The notes under the pieces are model-generated. The model was given only the letters and a program-made list of their open reading frames with translations, did not search any database and was not told where the DNA came from. Below, in pieces: positions 60,936-64,000 of a stretch of DNA of 64,000 bases. This stretch comes from Squalus acanthias (Eukaryota). How positions within the stretch are numbered: position 1 is the stretch's first letter; each line of letters starts with the position of its first letter. The stretch lies in assembly GCA_030390025.1 (NCBI GenBank), contig CM059432.1, positions 90,646,001-90,710,000 of the forward strand, in the 5' to 3' direction. Both the position numbers and the translations under genes were made by a program.

Positions 60936-63900
60936 GGGCTCGATTTTAATAGTCCTGCGGAGGCGGGTTTGGAGGCGGGTCTGTTGGGAAAATCGGGAAA
61001 AATGGCTTCAGACACCCAACCCGCCCCCACCTGATTTTCCTGAGTGTCTGTTTAGCTGCTCCCAAACTGACCCATCTCCAACCGGTGGGACAGGTCGTTA
61101 AGGCAGTTAACAGCCTGTTAACTGCCTTGCTAATCCTATTTTCATAGTGGTTTCCTATTTTCCTGCTTCTGGCTCCTGTTTCCTGACTAGTCAGAAACAG
61201 GCCAGTTTCAAGGAGATGAGTTTCTGGAGGACATGATTTGTATGCATTGGTGGAGCGCTTTAAAAGCGCCCCCGAAACATGGCTGACATTCAAATGCAAC
61301 AACTTTGCTGTTGTAGGTATGGGATAACATTTTGCATATCTACTGACTTTCTGACTGTTCAAGCTGACACCCATCTGCAGTGTGTCATGAATGGAATTAT
61401 TTCAGACCACTTCGACTGTGCTTGCAAGATTGTTACCTCAAATGAAATCTTTAGCAAGGGCATGGGAAACATTTATGCCCTCTCATCCTGGTCCTCATAA
61501 TCGGGGGAGTAGCAGCCGCGTGGCTCAGCACAGATCTTCCTGGGAAGAGGAGTAGGAGGAGGATGAGGGGTGCCTTGCATGCCCTGTTGTGACCAATGCA
61601 GCATCCCACCAGTTCACTGCTGCCCGTCAACCAGGGTATGCACACTGCTATGCCACACTACCATAAGCTTACTCTTCAACCATAGGTGGCCACCATATGG
61701 CTCTGTAATTGCAGCGGACACTTGTCCAACGTCATACTTCATCTCTGCGATACCCTCTTATTTCCTATCACTTTTACCATCAGCATTACAAAAGCAAGTC
61801 GCCCTGAGCCCTCAATGCGCTTTTGCCATTTCCCAGAACACATCGGTCACACAATCAACTGTTTGACATAATTTATCTTTAACACATGACAAAAGGATAA
61901 TATACCAGCAAGAGTCCCCTTGTGACTACAGGAGCTTAATCTTTCTCTTACGCGTGCTTCTACGTGGTGCTTCCCCTGTGGCTTCAGCAGATGTAGAGGC
62001 ACCTTGCTGACTAGGATGCTGCACCTGCTTAGACGCCTTTGGTGGGCGTCCTCTGGGTTTGGGAGCCTGGGAGGGCTCTTCAACAGTCTGCTCTTCCTGC
62101 AGTTGTGCAGGGGCTGAAACGGCCATCTCAGTTGTCTCTGCAAAGTGGGTCTCTGACCGAGGGCTCCGCAGTGGCATGGTCGTGCGAGCTCTTTGAGAGG
62201 AGCCCACACTTCTGTCCTACCAACAACATCCCTCTCATGGATCAACTGCACCTCAGTGCTGGCAAGTGGCAGGAGAGCACCTTGCTGCACTTCAGGGGGG
62301 CCATGAGGATCCGTATCTGCACTGGCAGTCCTCCTCAAAAGAACGTCCATGGAGCTCTGGTCTCTCTGCTCAATAGCTGCCCATCGCTCCTCCAGAGATG
62401 TCATTCTATTCTGAACAGTCACCCTGTTTTCCTGACTCTGGCGACCTATTTCCTCCATGGCCGTAGCCATCCTTTCCACTGAAGTAGCCATCCTTTCCAT
62501 GGAGGTTGCCATCTTATCCATGGTGGTGCATTCATGCGCCATTGCCTCCACCACAGCAGTGCTGATGTTAGAGATGGACTCCTCCATTCTCTCCACACTC
62601 GCACTAACCCTGGAGGCAAACCCTTCTAGAGACACTTGCACTTGATCCTGTATTTCACAAACTGCTCTTTTTCTGGATGGCCCCAGAGGCACAGCGTCTG
62701 CATGCAGCTCAGCAGAGCTAGGAGTGTCCTGCGACCTCCGCAGAGGACTCTCCACTGCTGTCGCTGTCTCCACTATCTGCTGATGCTCACTAGTGCGCTG
62801 TGATAGACCTGGTGGCAACACTACTCTAACTCGCGATGGCCCCACCGAGGTGTGTGTTGCTGCGCTGGTGCTGGGTGCGCTGAGTCCTGGTGACGCTGGT
62901 CCCTCAAAGGCTTCAGGTTCTTCTGAGGAGATGTCCGGGTCTTCGTCATGGATCCTGGGGAGGGGGGGGGGGGGTGTCAATGGTTCTGTGGGAGAGTAAA
63001 GGCTTGAATTAGACATCTGATATTGATGTAGCAGACACGTCCTTTTGAGCAGATGATACAAAGCGATTCTCTATGAACATCATATTCCATTGCTTTCTTA
63101 GAGGGATGAAACTCTATTATGTCACCAGCTTCCTCCAGTGTGCCCGTCTCTCCATCGCCCACTTCCAGGTCCTCGCCACCTCCAACAATCTCGTTTGCTG
63201 CCTCCTCAGCACTGGTCAATGTTGCAAAGGTTGGTGTTCCTCCTCCAGTCATTGCTCTCCCTCTTATTGTGGGCTATCTTTTCCTGCAAGGAGGGACACA
63301 AGCGGTGTTTCAGCCACAGTGATGGAGTGAGTGTGAATAAGCCCTACTATAGAAGCTTTGAGGGAGACGAAGATGGGTAAGGTGCCAAGAGGAAGGTAGC
63401 TCCCTGTGTGTTGTTAGTTGTTGTCACTGCATGACAGTGAGAGCGAGTCTAAGGGGTGCATAGGCAGGATGCTGAAGTGATTCAGTACAGAGACAGAGAT
63501 GGATAGGAAAGGGTGCAAGAGAAGTAAGAGTAAGGTGGGATGTGAAGGAGGAGGCTTCCAAAGCAGAGTGCTGGTGATGAGAAGAGAAGGGAAGCAGAGT
63601 GAAGGCAAGTGAGATGGGATACTCACTTTTAATGTTCGCACAAGATCATTAAAACTTTTGCCGCACTGGATCCATGACCGTGCATAAATGGACCTTGCGC
63701 TCACCTCCTGAACAATGCGCAGCCAGGCTGCCTTGGTCTGCTGAGGAGGCTTCCTCTGGCCATCAGGAGGGAAGAGAATCTCCCTGCACTCTCTGACAGC
63801 ATCCACAAGAACATGGAGGGACTCATCATTAAAACGAGGAGCTGCCTTGCCTCTGGAAGAAGTCATAGCTTTTAAATCAAGTGCAGGAAACCACAATGGA

Positions 63901-64000
63901 AAGGCTCAGGCTAGATGGCAGCTTTAAAAGCAGCTGCTATTATGACGTCATCAAAGGCGGCCAGCCGACCCGATCCCACTCATTGGACCGGCCAGCGCGC
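60936..64000 (-). mobile_element. Harbinger element with a three-exon Myb/SANT gene on - (63866-63627, 63283-63126, 62985-~61926); transposase almost entirely deleted; runs off the window
   Basis: MTSSRGKAAPRFNDESLHVLV...WIQCGKSFNDLVRTLK|gtgagt; EKIAHN..TGGG exon; long ORF 61847..63061; GGGCTCGATTTT terminus; frameshifts in exons 2 and 3. Confidence 0.88.

Overview
Repeat-dense eukaryotic DNA, almost certainly from a cartilaginous fish, judging by shark-type CR1 LINEs, an HE1-like V-SINE and a Deu-domain SINE. It is not prokaryotic, and most ORFs in the supplied track are spurious or transposon debris. The window appears to lie inside one long + strand host gene. I read seven internal GT-AG exons (9529-9696, 14173-14256, 18732-18899, 20323-20565, 21359-21589, 38260-38490, 59898-60020), all phase 0, which splice into 416 stop-free codons of a Q/E/K/L-rich coiled-coil protein; its start and stop lie outside the window. 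The introns hold nested mobile DNA: CR1 LINEs (one nearly intact), a second LINE family that seems to begin with a tRNA-Thr(AGT)-like Pol III head, L2 fragments, SINEs, hAT MITEs with 8-bp TSDs, Penelope-type termini with minimal hammerhead motifs, and many PIF/Harbinger elements (transposase and spliced Myb/SANT remnants, MITEs with 3-bp TSDs). The most notable items are the tRNA-headed LINE with matching short elements, an 81-bp fully pairable inverted repeat bracketing the last exon, a sense-strand intronic hammerhead motif, and CRE sites and perfect 5' splice sites carried by Harbinger elements. All coordinates were read by eye; fragment ends without a TSD are approximate.
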